Shown here piece after piece: positions 8,584-19,121 of a DNA stretch of 64,000 nucleotides. The position numbers were made by a program, and so were the translations under genes. Source of the DNA: an uncultured Gemmatimonadales bacterium (GTDB lineage Bacteria; Gemmatimonadota; Gemmatimonadetes; Gemmatimonadales; GWC2-71-9); contig CAWGRU010000020.1 in NCBI GenBank assembly GCA_963825065.1, positions 17,830 through 81,829 of the forward strand. The letters run 5' to 3'. Positions within the stretch are counted from its first letter, which is position 1, and the number at the start of each line of letters is the position of its first letter. The notes beneath the pieces were generated by a model. It searched no databases. It saw only the letters and a list, made by a program, of their open reading frames with translations, and was not told the DNA's origin.

Positions 8584-10790
8584 GTGCCGGGCCGCAACTC
8601 CGATCGCACCGCCGCCATCGCCGCGACCGTCGCGAGCACCGCGATGGTCGCGTTTCAGCTTGCGGGCAAGGCGACCCGGGACGCGCTCTACCTCTCCACC
8701 TTCGGGATAGGCTCCCTCCCCCGGATGGTCATCGTGGCGGCGCTGCTCTCGGCGCTGATGACCATCGCCCTCTCGAGAGTGCTGGCCCGGCTTGGCCCGG
8801 CACGCCTGGTCCCCTGGCTCTTCGCGGCGAGCGCCGTGCTGCTCCTCGGTGAGTGGCTGCTGGCCGGGGTCGCGCGGCCGGTCGCCGCGGTGCTCTTCTA
8901 TCTCCACTTCAGCGCCCTCGGGGCTCTGGTCGTCTCCGGCTTCTGGGCGATGGTCACCGAGCGCTTCGATCCGCACACCGCGCGGGGCACGATCGGACGC
9001 ATCACCGTCGGCGCCTCGATCGGCGGGCTCGTGGGTGGACTGCTCCCCGAGCGGGTCGGGGCGGTGTTCTCGGTGACCGCGATGCTCCCCCTCCTTGCCA
9101 CGCTGCACCTGGTCTCGGCGGTGCTGGTGCTCGCGGTGCGTCCAGCGCCCCGCACCCGTGGGGAGGTCGAGCCCGGCGATCCTGACAAACCGCTCGCTGC
9201 GACGGGGATCTTCCGGACATCCTCGTATCTCCGGCAGCTTGCGTTGCTGGTCGCCCTCACCGCCCTGGCCGAGGGGCTGCTCGATTTCGTGTTCAAGGCG
9301 CGAGCGACCGCGACGGCTCCCAGCGGGGAACAGCTGCTGCGGCTCTTCGCGATGTTTTACACCGCGACGGCGCTCCTCACCATCCTGGTGCAGGCTGCCG
9401 CCTTGCGCCCCGCCCTGGCGCGGCTGGGCGTCGCGCGGAGCGCCGCGCTGCTGCCCGCAGGCGTGTCGTTAGGCGCGGTGGGCGGACTGCTCCTGCCCGG
9501 CCTGCTTCCTCTCCTCCTCGCGCGCGGCATCGAGATCGTGCTGCGCAACTCGCTGTTCCGGGAGCGTACGAGCTGCTCTTCACGCCGCTACCGCCGCCGG
9601 AGAAGCGAGCGACGAAGCTGCTGGTGGACGTCGGGGCCGCCCGCATGGGCGATGTCGCGGGCGGTGCCTTGATCCAGGTGACGCTGCTGCTGGCCGCTGC
9701 CTGGGCTGCCCCGCTGCTGCTGGCCGCCACGATCGGCGTTGCCGGCGTGGCCCTGGCGGTGGCTCGCCGGCTGCATCGCGGGTATCAGGGCGCCCTCGCG
9801 CGGAGCCTGACTCAGCGCGCCGACCAGATCTCCGGGGGGGACCTCGGAAGATCGGCCGCGTTCCTTCAAACTGTCGGGGGGTTCGACCTGAGCCAGTTCC
9901 GCCCCCTGACGACCGGCCGGCCCGCCCCGCCCGCCACCCGCCCGCCGGTGACGGAGGCCGTGCGCCCTCGGAGTGCGGAGGAGCGGAGGCTCAGCGCCTT
10001 GACGGCTGCCGATCCGGGTATCGTGCGGGAGGCGTTGCGGAGCGGTGTTCTGACGTCGCGATTGATGGAACCGGCGATCGGGCTTCTCGCCTGGGATGAC
10101 GCCGCGCCTGACGCCATCGAGGGCTTGCGTGCGGTGGCGCAGTCGGAGACCGAACGGCTGGTGCGACACCTGCTGGATCCGGAGGAGGACTTTGCCATAC
10201 GCCGGCGACTGGTGCTGGTTCTCGCCGGATGTCCCACCGCGGAGGCGTTCGAGGGACTGTTTCGTGCCCTGGAGGATCGCCGCTTCGAGGTGCGCTACCG
10301 CGCCGGTCGCGCTCTCAACCATCTGCGCGGAGCGAATTCGTCCCTCACCGTGGACCGTGAGCGGGTCCTCGCGGTGGTGCTGAACGAGGTGGCCGTGGGC
10401 CGGGGTGTCTGGGAAAGCCGGCAGCTCATCGACGCGGCGGACGACGAGTGGGCGACCACCGAGGCGGATCTCCTCCGCACCCGGGCGAGCCGCAGCCTGG
10501 AGCACGTCTTCAACCTGCTGGCCCTGATCCTCCCGCGCGAGCCGCTGCGACTGGCCTACCAGGGGTTGCACACCGGTGATCAGAATCTGCGGGGGACGGC
10601 GCTCGAGTATCTGGAGACGGTGCTGCCGAAGCGGGTGCGGCAGCAGCTCTGGCGCTTCCTGGAGCCCGGCGAGCCGCCCGCAGCAGGTTCAGGGCGCACC
10701 CCGGACCAGGCGCTGGAGCAGTTGCTGCAGTCGCGAGAGTCGATCGTGCTGGCGCTGCGCGCGCTGCACCAGAGGACGGAAGAGCCTTGA
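8584..10790 (+). CDS. NTT/TLC-like transporter fused to HEAT-like helical repeats; one frameshift near 9560
   Basis: GTG at 8584; AGKATRDALYL, FWAMVTERFD; adding one G in cgggagcg gives RNSLFRGAYELLFTPLPPPEKRATKLLVD and joins ORF 9624..10790 (ALEDRRFEVRYRAGRAL, NLRGTALEYLE). Confidence 0.78.
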
Positions 10791-10818
10791 AGCCGGGCGT
10801 GCCGAGTCGCGGGGCCGG

Positions 10819-11658
10819 CTATCGCAGCAGCTCCTCCAGCCGCACCGCCGTGTCGGTCCGGTCGTCCCGGTATTTCACGACCACCGGGGCGTAGAGCGAG
10901 ATCCCCATCGCCTGTCCCGGACCGCTCGAGACCGGACGTGAGCCGGGAACGACCACCGCTCCCGCAGGGATCTCCAGCGGCCGGTCGCCCTCTCTGCGGT
11001 AGGTGGTGTTGCGGACCAGGTCGTAGACGATGGTCCCGCCGGTGAGGATCGTCCCCGGCGCCAGCACTGCCTGCTCGCGGACGATCGTTCCCTCGTAGAC
11101 GCCGCAGTTGCCGCCGACCAGGACCCCGTCTTCGATGATGACCGGGAGCGCGCCGATCGGCTCCAGCACGCCGCCGATCTGGGCCGCGGCCGAGAGGTGC
11201 ACCCGCTTGCCGATCTGCGCACAGGAACCGACCAGCGCGTGACTGTCGACCATGGTGCCTTCGTCGACGTACGCCCCGGCGTTGATGAAGGCAGGAGGCA
11301 TGATCACGACGCCGGTGGCGACGAAGGCGCCGTCGCGGATGGAACTGCCCCCGGGGACCAGCCGCACCCCATCCAGTGGCGACAACCGCTTCAGCGGCCA
11401 GGTGTGCTTGTCGAAGAAGGGGAACGGTCCGCCCTCCGCGGCCGGCTGTACCGTCCCCAGCCTGAACCCGAGCAGGATGCCCGCCTTGACCCAGGCGTTG
11501 GCGCGCCACCGGCCCGCCGCATCCCGCTCGGCGGCGCGGACCGTCCCGGCATTCAGTCCCGCCTTGAGCCGTTCGAACGCGACCAGCGCCTCCGCCTCCT
11601 CTCCCGGCGCCACCCGCTGCGCGTAGCGCTCGATCGCGACGCGCAGGTCAGCACTCAT
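10819..11658 (-). CDS. dapD: Tetrahydrodipicolinate N-succinyltransferase
   Basis: MSADLR start; WVKAGILLGF, FFDK, GAYVDEGTMVDSHALVGSCAQIGKRVHLSAAAQIGGVLEP. Confidence 0.95.
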   Translation of the reverse strand: MSADLRVAIERYAQRVAPGEEAEALVAFERLKAGLNAGTVRAAERDAAGRWRANAWVKAGILLGFRLGTVQPAAEGGPFPFFDKHTWPLKRLSPLDGVRLVPGGSSIRDGAFVATGVVIMPPAFINAGAYVDEGTMVDSHALVGSCAQIGKRVHLSAAAQIGGVLEPIGALPVIIEDGVLVGGNCGVYEGTIVREQAVLAPGTILTGGTIVYDLVRNTTYRREGDRPLEIPAGAVVVPGSRPVSSGPGQAMGISLYAPVVVKYRDDRTDTAVRLEELLR

Positions 11659-12561
11659 CGGGCGACCGCCGCCGCCGGTTCGACACCGGCCGCCTGCAGC
11701 GCCGCGAACAACGGTGCCCGCCGCTGCTCCGAGAGCGGGACCAGCGGCAGCCGTAATACGTCGTGGATCCGCCCCATCGCGGCCAGCGCCGCCTTGACCG
11801 GCGCCGGATTGGTCTCGAGGAAGTTGGCCTCGAGCAGCGGGAGGATGGTGTAGAGGATTTCGCGCGCCTCGGCGAACTGGCCGTCGGAGGCAGTGACGCA
11901 CCATCGCGCTCATGATGCCGGGGATCTCGTTGGAGGCGACCGAGATCAGGCCGTCCCCGCCGGCGGCGATGACTGCCAGGGTCATCCAGTCCTCGCCGGA
12001 GAGCACCGCGAAGCCGTCGGGCCGGCCCAGCAGTAGATGCTGGACCTGAGCCAGGTCGCCGGAGGATTCCTTGATCCCGATGATGTTCGGGTGGCTGGCC
12101 AGCCGGAGCACCGTCTCCGGCTTCATGTTGACCGAGGTGCGGCCGGGGACGTTGTAGAGGCAGACCGGGACGCTCGCCGCATCGGCCACGGCGGTGAAGT
12201 GCCGGTAGAGGCCTTCGGGCGTGGGCCTGTTGTAGTAGGGCGTCGCGGAGAGGAGCCAGGTGACGCCGAGTGCGCTCATCCGGCGCGCCTCTTCCACCGC
12301 CTGGCGGGTGTCGTTGTGGGTGGCACCCGCCATGACGGGGACCCGCCCGGAGGCGGTCTCCACCACGGTGCGCACCACCCGTTCCCGCTCCTCCGTCGAG
12401 AGCGTCTGGGCCTCCCCGGTGCTGCCGCACGGCACCAGGAAGTTGATCCCGTCCTCGATCTGCCACTCCACGAGCTTTCGGAGCGCCCCGACGTCCACCG
12501 TTCCATCCGGCGTGAACGGCGTCACGATCGCCGTTCCGCATCCTCTCAGTGCGGTCGTCAT
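11655..12561 (-). CDS. dapA: 4-hydroxy-tetrahydrodipicolinate synthase (one frameshift near 11885)
   Basis: TAIVTPF, GSTGE, PYYNRP, LYNVPGRT, GIKESSG; C-terminus ANFLETNPAPVKAAL..LRLPLV lies in a shifted frame ending at 11655. Confidence 0.92.
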
Positions 12562-13256
12562 GGTGCCTCCCCGAAGAGCATCTGGTCGAATGTGAACACG
12601 CCTGTGCGACCCCGAATCCATTCTGCGGCCAGCAGCGCACCGGCGGCGAAGGCCTGCCGACCGCGCGCGGTGTGGCTCAGCCGGATGGTCTCATGGGTCG
12701 CGTCGTACACCACCTCGTGCGTCCCGGGCGCGAACCCGCCCCGGACACTGGAAATCGGAAAGTCGCGCTGGCCGTCGCCCTCCCGCAGGGTGGCGCGCAA
12801 CCGCAGCGCCGTGCCGGAGGGGGCGTCGAGCTTGGCCGCGTGGTGGGTCTCCACGACGAAGGCCTCGAACTCCGCCCGCCCGGCGAAGCGGGCCGCGAGA
12901 TCGCGCGCGGCGCGCAGATAGAGCTGGACGCCGATGGAAAAGTTGGGGCTGTACAGGAGGGCGCTGCGGTGGGCGGTCACGGTGCGGGCGACGTCGGGAA
13001 GCCGGTCGAGCCAGCCGGTGGTCCCGGTGATGGTTCGCATGCCCAGGGCCGCGAGGCGCAGCAGGTGGTCGGCCGCGCGGTCGGGCCGGGTGAATTCGAT
13101 CGCCACATCCGCGCCGTCGAGGCGCGCCGCGGTGATCGCCTCGCCGGCGCGATTCTCCGCGCCGCTGATCACCGTGTGGATGGCGTGACCGCGCTCCACC
13201 GCCAGTTGCGCGATGGTCCGGTTCATCCGGCCGTCTCCTACCAGGGCGATGCGCAT
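12558..13256 (-). CDS. dapB: 4-hydroxy-tetrahydrodipicolinate reductase
   Basis: MRIALVGDGRM, IEFTRP, GTTGW, PNFSIG, ETHHAAKLDAPSGTA, FAAGA. Confidence 0.95.
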   Translation of the reverse strand: MRIALVGDGRMNRTIAQLAVERGHAIHTVISGAENRAGEAITAARLDGADVAIEFTRPDRAADHLLRLAALGMRTITGTTGWLDRLPDVARTVTAHRSALLYSPNFSIGVQLYLRAARDLAARFAGRAEFEAFVVETHHAAKLDAPSGTALRLRATLREGDGQRDFPISSVRGGFAPGTHEVVYDATHETIRLSHTARGRQAFAAGALLAAEWIRGRTGVFTFDQMLFGEAP

Positions 13257-13261
13257 CGGGG

Positions 13262-14317
13262 TCACCGGGTGACGTAGCCCTGCTGCACCAGCAGCTCCGC
13301 GTTCTGGATCGCGGCGCCGGCGGCGCCCCGGATGGTATTGTGCGACAGCAGCGCCAGCCGGATGTCGAGCAGGTTGCAGGGCCGCACCCGGCCGACGGTC
13401 ACCGTCATCCCGGCGCCGCGGTCGAGGTCCAGCCGGGACTGCGGCCGGTCGTTGCGCAGGTCCACTTCGATCGGCCGCGCGGGGGTCGACGGCAGCGCGC
13501 CGACGTCGCCGGGGGCGCGGAATCCCTCGAGCGCGGCGACCGCCTCCCGCGGCGTGACCCGACGGGCGAAGCCTACCGACACCACCTCGAGGTGGCCATC
13601 GATGACCGGCACCCGGTTGGTATGCGCGCTGGTCGCGATCGGCGCAGGCGTCACCGCGGCGCCGGCGAATGCGCCCAGGATCTTCGCCGTCTCCTGCTCC
13701 ATCTTCTCTTCCTCGCCGCCGATGAACGGAATCACGTTGCCCAGCGCGTCCAGCGAGGCGACGCCCGGATAGCCGGCGCCGCTCACCGCCTGCATCGTGG
13801 CGACGAAGACCTTCTCGACGCCGAAGACGCGATGCAGCGGCGCCAGCGCCACGACCAGGCCGGCGGTCGAGCAGTTCGGGTTGGCGACGATCCCGCCGGC
13901 CCAGCCCCGTTCCCGCCGCTGTCGGGCGAGCAGGCCGAGATGCTCCGGATTCACTTCCGGGATGAGCAGCGGGACATCCGGCTCCATCCGGTGGGTCTTG
14001 GTGTTGGTCACCACCAACACACCGGCGCGGGCGAACGCCTGCTCGACCTGGCCGGCGATCTCCGCCTCGATGGCCGAGAAGGCGACCCGCCCCGGAATCG
14101 TCGGCTCGCAGCGGCCGACGGTCATCGCCGCGACCCGCTCGGGGAGCGGGGTCGATTCGCGCCAGCGCACGATGTCGCCGTAGCGCTTGCCGGCGCTCTG
14201 TTCCGACGCGGCGACCGCGGCGATCTCGAACCAGGGATGGTCGGCCAGCAGCCGGACGAACTTCTGCCCGACGGTGCCGGTGGCGCCCAGGATGGATACG
14301 GGAATCTTGGAACTCAT
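13262..14317 (-). CDS. asd: Aspartate-semialdehyde dehydrogenase
   Basis: [43 protein letters not shown]. Confidence 0.96.
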   Translation of the reverse strand: MSSKIPVSILGATGTVGQKFVRLLADHPWFEIAAVAASEQSAGKRYGDIVRWRESTPLPERVAAMTVGRCEPTIPGRVAFSAIEAEIAGQVEQAFARAGVLVVTNTKTHRMEPDVPLLIPEVNPEHLGLLARQRRERGWAGGIVANPNCSTAGLVVALAPLHRVFGVEKVFVATMQAVSGAGYPGVASLDALGNVIPFIGGEEEKMEQETAKILGAFAGAAVTPAPIATSAHTNRVPVIDGHLEVVSVGFARRVTPREAVAALEGFRAPGDVGALPSTPARPIEVDLRNDRPQSRLDLDRGAGMTVTVGRVRPCNLLDIRLALLSHNTIRGAAGAAIQNAELLVQQGYVTR

Positions 14318-14337
14318 GCGCTCTCCGGTGTCCGTCG

Positions 14338-15360
14338 TCAGCCGTCTGATGGCTGCCGGCCATCTGCGATCAGGTCCCACGCCAGCTTCTCGTACAGCCG
14401 CACCCCCTCGAGCAGCTCCGCCTTGGCGATCCGCTCCCCGCTGGTGTGCGCCACCCGGATGGTGCCGGGCCCCAGCTGAAATCCCTGGCCCCACGCCGCG
14501 TGGAACGGCAGGTCGCTGGCATAGCTCACCACGGTGGTCTCCCATCCCGCAGGCGCGGCGGCGGTATTCTTGAAGAACGGCAGTTCGGTCGGGAAGCTGA
14601 CCGTCACGCCGGGCTGGGCACAGGCGACGATCTCCCGTTGCAGCGTCGCCGAGGGCCCGACCAGCCGGACCAGGAGCTCCGCGCGCGCCGATGGGGGGAT
14701 GACGTTCGGCGCGACGCCCCCTTCCACCCTTCCGATGTTCAGGGTGCTCGCGCCGAGCATCGGATCCGAGGGCAGCGGCAGCCGGCGGAGCCGTTCGAGC
14801 GTGTCGAGGATCGGAAGTAGCGCCGACTTCCCCTCGTCGGGATAGGCGGAGTGCGCGGCCTTGCCGGTGCACTCGAGCACCACCTTGATCGAACCCTTCT
14901 GCCCCATGCTGAGCCGGTTCTCCGTCGGCTCGCCGTTGATCAGGAACCGGCCCTTCGGCTCGAGCGCGCCGGCCACCTGGGCCCCGTCCGATCCGTTCTC
15001 CTCCCCAACCACGAACAGCAGCCCGATGCGGCGCTCGTTTCGCTCGGCGAGCCGTTCGGCGGCGGCGATCATCGCCGCGGCCAGCCCCTTGGCGTCGCAG
15101 GTGCCGCGGCCGTGCAGATGGGTCTCATCCTCCCGGAGCGGCAGGTACGGCGGGACGCAGTCCAGGTGGGTGGAGAAGACCACCTCGGGTGCCTCACGGA
15201 AGGCGTAGAGATTGTCCCGGCCCGGCGTGACCGGCTGGCGGATCGTCCGGTAACCGAGGCCGCGGAGCAGGCTGGTGAGCAGCTCCACCGCCGGGCCTTC
15301 GTGGCCGGTCGGCGTGTCCAGGGCGACCAGCTCCTTCGTGAGTGCGATCGGGTCGAGCAC
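14338..15360 (-). CDS. M20 (ArgE/DapE-family) metallo-amidohydrolase, probable DapE role
   Basis: GTG start [12 protein letters not shown]; [26 protein letters not shown]; first structural gene of dap operon. Confidence 0.85.
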   Translation of the reverse strand: MLDPIALTKELVALDTPTGHEGPAVELLTSLLRGLGYRTIRQPVTPGRDNLYAFREAPEVVFSTHLDCVPPYLPLREDETHLHGRGTCDAKGLAAAMIAAAERLAERNERRIGLLFVVGEENGSDGAQVAGALEPKGRFLINGEPTENRLSMGQKGSIKVVLECTGKAAHSAYPDEGKSALLPILDTLERLRRLPLPSDPMLGASTLNIGRVEGGVAPNVIPPSARAELLVRLVGPSATLQREIVACAQPGVTVSFPTELPFFKNTAAAPAGWETTVVSYASDLPFHAAWGQGFQLGPGTIRVAHTSGERIAKAELLEGVRLYEKLAWDLIADGRQPSDG

Positions 15361-15373
15361 GCAAGCTCCGCAG

Positions 15374-15410
15374 AAAAAAAAGAAGCCCCACCGGAAATTC
15401 GCGGCGGGGC
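15374..15410 (-). terminator. Intrinsic terminator in the dap operon leader (attenuator terminator)
   Basis: Minus strand GCCCCGCCG-cgaatttc-CGGTGGGGC stem followed by TTC and a long T run, immediately upstream of the M20 gene. Confidence 0.88.
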
Positions 15411-15436
15411 GTTCGAGTCCAGTCAGGGCAATATCG

Positions 15437-15523
15437 TCAGACTGGCCGTCGCTCACCGCGCGCGGTCATGGGCTTCTTGGTGCGCTTCGTAGTGCCCATC
15501 GCGGGCGGGAGAGCCAGTCGCAT
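15437..15523 (-). CDS. Putative attenuator leader peptide MRLALPPAMGTTKRTKKPMTARGERRPV
   Basis: 28-aa ORF with M/T/K cluster (MGTTKRTKKPMT); TAGCTT -10-like box 6 nt upstream of ATG; ends just before the terminator. Confidence 0.75.
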   Translation of the reverse strand: MRLALPPAMGTTKRTKKPMTARGERRPV

Positions 15524-15885
15524 GGACCTAAGCTATGAACAGAGCGCACCGGGGACAAGTGGCCCCCGTGCTCGCGGTGCCGCGAGACGCCACCCAGCTT
15601 CCGGCGGCATTCGCCACTTCACCCCGATCATGGGATCCCGCCCCGCTCCCGGACCATCGCCGCCCGCGTGCTCGGCGGACTGTTGCACGCCGGCCACCTC
15701 CGCGCCCAGGATCCGGTCCATTCGGCCAGCGGAAGCGGTACCCTGCTCACCGGCTACGGCGTCGCCCGGCAGGAGATCGGCCGGGCTGAGGCAAACCTGT
15801 ACGGCAATGGCGGAATCGATCTCCGGCAGCCGGTCCGGCTTGCCTTCCGAGCGGTCGCAGCGCCCGTGCTGGTGCCGCCCGTCCA

Positions 15886-17202
15886 CTACGCCGCCTCCGC
15901 AGCGCGGGCCTCCCGCTGGCCCTGCTCCACATCCACGAAGTGGAGCAGGGCGCCGCCCACCACGAAGAAGGCCACGATCGCCAGGATCGCCACTCGGCTC
16001 GAGCCGGTCACGCCGATCACCCTGGCAAAGATCCACGGGCCGAAGATCCCCGCGAACTTCTCCACGACCGCGAAGAAGCCGAAGAACTCCGCCGAGCGCG
16101 CCTGGGGATCATGCTGGCGAACAGCGACCGGGAGAGCGCCTGGGTGCCGCCCTGCACCACGCCCACCAGCAGCGCCAGTATCAGGAAGTGGGTCGCGTTG
16201 GTCATGAAGTAGCCGAGCACGCTGATGCCCGCGTAGACGACGAGGCCGACGAAGATCGGCGCGCTTGGCGCCGATGCGGCTGGCGAAGGAGCCGAACAGG
16301 AAGGCGAACGGGATCCCGACGAACTGCACGATCATGATCGACGCGATCAGCGCACCGGGCCGATGCCGATCTCGGTGCCGTAGATCGTCGCCATCCGGAT
16401 GATGGTGCCGATGCCGTCGTTGTAGATCAGGAAGGCGATGAGCATCAGGACGGCCTGCCGGAACTCGCCCAGCCGCCTGAAGGTGGACCGCCGAGCTCGC
16501 GGAAGGCGGCGCCCACGTCGATGCGGCCGTCGCCCGTGGCAGCCGGCTCGCGGACGTCGCGGAACAGCGGAATCGAGAAGACCATCCACCAGATCGCGAC
16601 CGACAGGAACGCCAGCCGCGTCGGCAGGGTCGCCTGCGCAGGCGTCAGGTCGGGGCCCGACGGCAGTCCGAACCAGGCCGGCTTCTGGATCCAGGCGAGG
16701 TTCAGCGCGAGCAGCAGCCCGCCGCCGACGTACCCCAGGGCGTAGCCCGCGGTCGAGACCCGGTCCATCTCCTCCGGCGCCGCGATGTGGGGCAAGAAGC
16801 GAGTCGTAGACAGACGAAGCTCGCGTTCACCGCGATGTTCGCGACGACGAACAGACCGGCGGCGAGCACCCAGTCGCCCCGCTCGATGAAGAACATCAGG
16901 CCGACCGCGACCACCCCGATGATCAGGGAGAGTCCCAGCAGCCGCTTCTTCACCCCGGCCCGGTCGGCGATGGCCCCGAGGATCGGCGAGAGGACCGCGA
17001 TGATGACGAGCCCGATCGTCGTGGCGTCGGCGAGCCGCTTGGTGGCGAGCGCCGGGGCGAGGTCCGCCGCGGCGACCTTGGCGAAGTAGATCGGGAAGAC
17101 GGCGGTGACGATGGTGGTGACCATCGCGGAGTTCGCCCAGTCGTACATCGCCCAGGCACGCAGCTCCCGGCGGTGCAGGCCCAGTCGCTCGAGGATCGTC
17201 AT
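15886..17202 (-). CDS. MFS transporter, UMF1/Atg22-like; several frameshifts
   Basis: [47 protein letters not shown] found across shifting frames; ATGA overlap with oxidase gene. Confidence 0.8.
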
Positions 17203-19082
17203 CGCACGCTCATCGGGATGGAGAGAGTCCAGGGTGTGTCGGCATACGGTGCCGAGATGTCGAGCCGCCAGTCGTCCTGCCCCGCCGGCGCAAAGAGGAA
17301 GTCGGCGGTCTCTCCCGGCCCGGTCAACAGCGTCGCCATCCGCACCGTGGCCTGCGGCGGCGGCAGGGTGGCGCCATCCTTGGCCACGGCCCGCCAGGTC
17401 GTCAGGGCCGAGCCGCGGAATAGCTGAAACAGGATCCGGTGATCGGGGTCGATGTTGATGAGCCGCAGGCGATGGACGCGACCTGGCCGCAGCACCATCG
17501 GTGCCGGAATCGCCTTGCCGTTCACCAGCGAGCGCACCGAATCCACCCCCGTCACCGGACCGTTCCCGCCGACGATCACCAGGTGATCGGTCGCCGGGTC
17601 GATCCGGGTTCCCGGTTCCACGACCAGCATCGGGCCGTAGAGTCCGCGCGTCATCTGCTCCACTTCATCGAGGTGGGTGTGGTAGATGAATGTCCCCGCG
17701 CGAGGCGGAGTGAACCGCGCGGTGAACGAATCGCCGGGTTGAATCGCCGGCGCGAGGGCGGGATTGATGCCGCTCCAGCCGGGCACGCCATCGGGGTAGC
17801 TGGTGAGTTCCATGCCGTGCCAATGCACCGCGGTTGGCTCCTGCAGCCGGTTCACCACCGTGATCGCGACCGGCTCGCCACGCTCGAGGATCAGGGGCAC
17901 GCCGGGGATGGCGATGGAATCGGGCGCGGGCTCCCGGTTGTCAGTCTGCAGGACGTAGCCGTAGCCGGGGCCATCCCGTACCCGATGCGGGGCCGATTGG
18001 GCCAGCAGTCGGAGCCGCCGCTCCGGGCGGGCCGGGACCGCGACGGGGTCGGGCCCGGTCGCCTCGATCCCCAGGACCAGCCCGGCCATCCGGTGGTGGG
18101 CGCTCATCGCGCCCCGGTCCATGGATACCAGCGGCGAGGCGTGCGCGGCGAAGTGGCAGTGAAAGATCCAGTTCCCCGCGTGGGCCGGCGCCCAGTGCAT
18201 CGCCATCGTGGCACCGGGAAGCAGCAGGTCGGTCACCACCAGCGGCTGCATCTCGGGGGCAAAGGCGGTGTCCCTGGTTCCGTCACCCCGGCTCTCGACG
18301 GCGTAGAAGACGCCGTGCAGGTGCATCGGGTGCGAGCTGCTGCTCGGGTTCACCCAGCGCCAGTGGACGGTGTCACCCACCGGCAGCCGGAATCGCTCGG
18401 TGTGCGGCCAGGCCAGTCCGTTGATCGTCATCACCTCGCCGGTGTCGGGATCGGTGACTGCAGGCGTCGGCGCCAAATGGCTCCAGATGCCCAGCACGAA
18501 GACCCGATCGACCGGCGGGGTCCCGCTGCTGTCGACGATCAGGGCGCCGCTCAGCTGGCTGTCGAGCCACTCCCGCTCCTCGATCCCGCGATGCGTGGTG
18601 CTGCCCCAGTAGTAGTAGGTCCCGGGCGCCCCTGCCGTGAACCGCAGCTCCCGGCGCGATCCGGGCCGGAGCTGGAGCGTGTCGGCCGCCGAGCCGGGGC
18701 GAGTGTGGAGGCCGTACAGGATGAGGGTCGAGTCGGGAAGGGTATTGCGAATCGTGAGGTGGAGTTCGGTTCCCTCGGGAACCCGGATCATCGGCCCGGG
18801 CACCGTGGCCGGCTGCCCGGCCTGGGCAAACACATGCACCGGGAGCGCCGGGCCATCCTTCCCTTCGGGAGACCACCGCGCGGCACGCAGCTCCAGATCG
18901 AGGCGGAGCACGCCGTCGGCCAGCTGCCCCGCGGGACGGCGGTTGTCGTTAGGTAGTGCGACTTCCCGCGGGCCCGGCGCTCCACAGGCCAGGAGGAGCG
19001 TCAATCCGATGGGGCAGGCGACTCTGCCTCCGGGTGCACGCCTGGAAGGGACGGGGTTGGAGCGGAGGGGGCGCTCGAGCAT
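17199..19082 (-). CDS. Multicopper oxidase (possible lipoprotein; start uncertain)
   Basis: [32 protein letters not shown]; LLLAC near N-terminus. Confidence 0.9.
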   Translation of the reverse strand: MLERPLRSNPVPSRRAPGGRVACPIGLTLLLACGAPGPREVALPNDNRRPAGQLADGVLRLDLELRAARWSPEGKDGPALPVHVFAQAGQPATVPGPMIRVPEGTELHLTIRNTLPDSTLILYGLHTRPGSAADTLQLRPGSRRELRFTAGAPGTYYYWGSTTHRGIEEREWLDSQLSGALIVDSSGTPPVDRVFVLGIWSHLAPTPAVTDPDTGEVMTINGLAWPHTERFRLPVGDTVHWRWVNPSSSSHPMHLHGVFYAVESRGDGTRDTAFAPEMQPLVVTDLLLPGATMAMHWAPAHAGNWIFHCHFAAHASPLVSMDRGAMSAHHRMAGLVLGIEATGPDPVAVPARPERRLRLLAQSAPHRVRDGPGYGYVLQTDNREPAPDSIAIPGVPLILERGEPVAITVVNRLQEPTAVHWHGMELTSYPDGVPGWSGINPALAPAIQPGDSFTARFTPPRAGTFIYHTHLDEVEQMTRGLYGPMLVVEPGTRIDPATDHLVIVGGNGPVTGVDSVRSLVNGKAIPAPMVLRPGRVHRLRLINIDPDHRILFQLFRGSALTTWRAVAKDGATLPPPQATVRMATLLTGPGETADFLFAPAGQDDWRLDISAPYADTPWTLSIPMSVR

Positions 19083-19121
19083 CGCCAATGATGGCCCCAA
19101 CCGCGGAGGGCCGCCAGCCTG

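Noticed and set aside
5907-8639. 910-aa antisense ORF and other long shadow ORFs (e.g. 54300..56906, 40240..42465, 23290..25146)
   Set aside because: Stop-poor alternative frames typical of high-GC DNA; no motifs and fully overlapping well-supported genes
10819-12621. 600-aa DapA-DapD fusion in the ORF track
   Set aside because: Artefact of a frameshift near 11885; the true DapA C-terminus is in another frame and ends at 11655, overlapping the dapD ATG
12558-14363. 601-aa ORF suggesting an extended DapB
   Set aside because: Only 12558..13256 is DapB; the rest is an off-frame reading of asd
15361-15620. Lysine riboswitch upstream of dap operon
   Set aside because: No recognisable L-box core; the region is better explained by a leader peptide plus terminator
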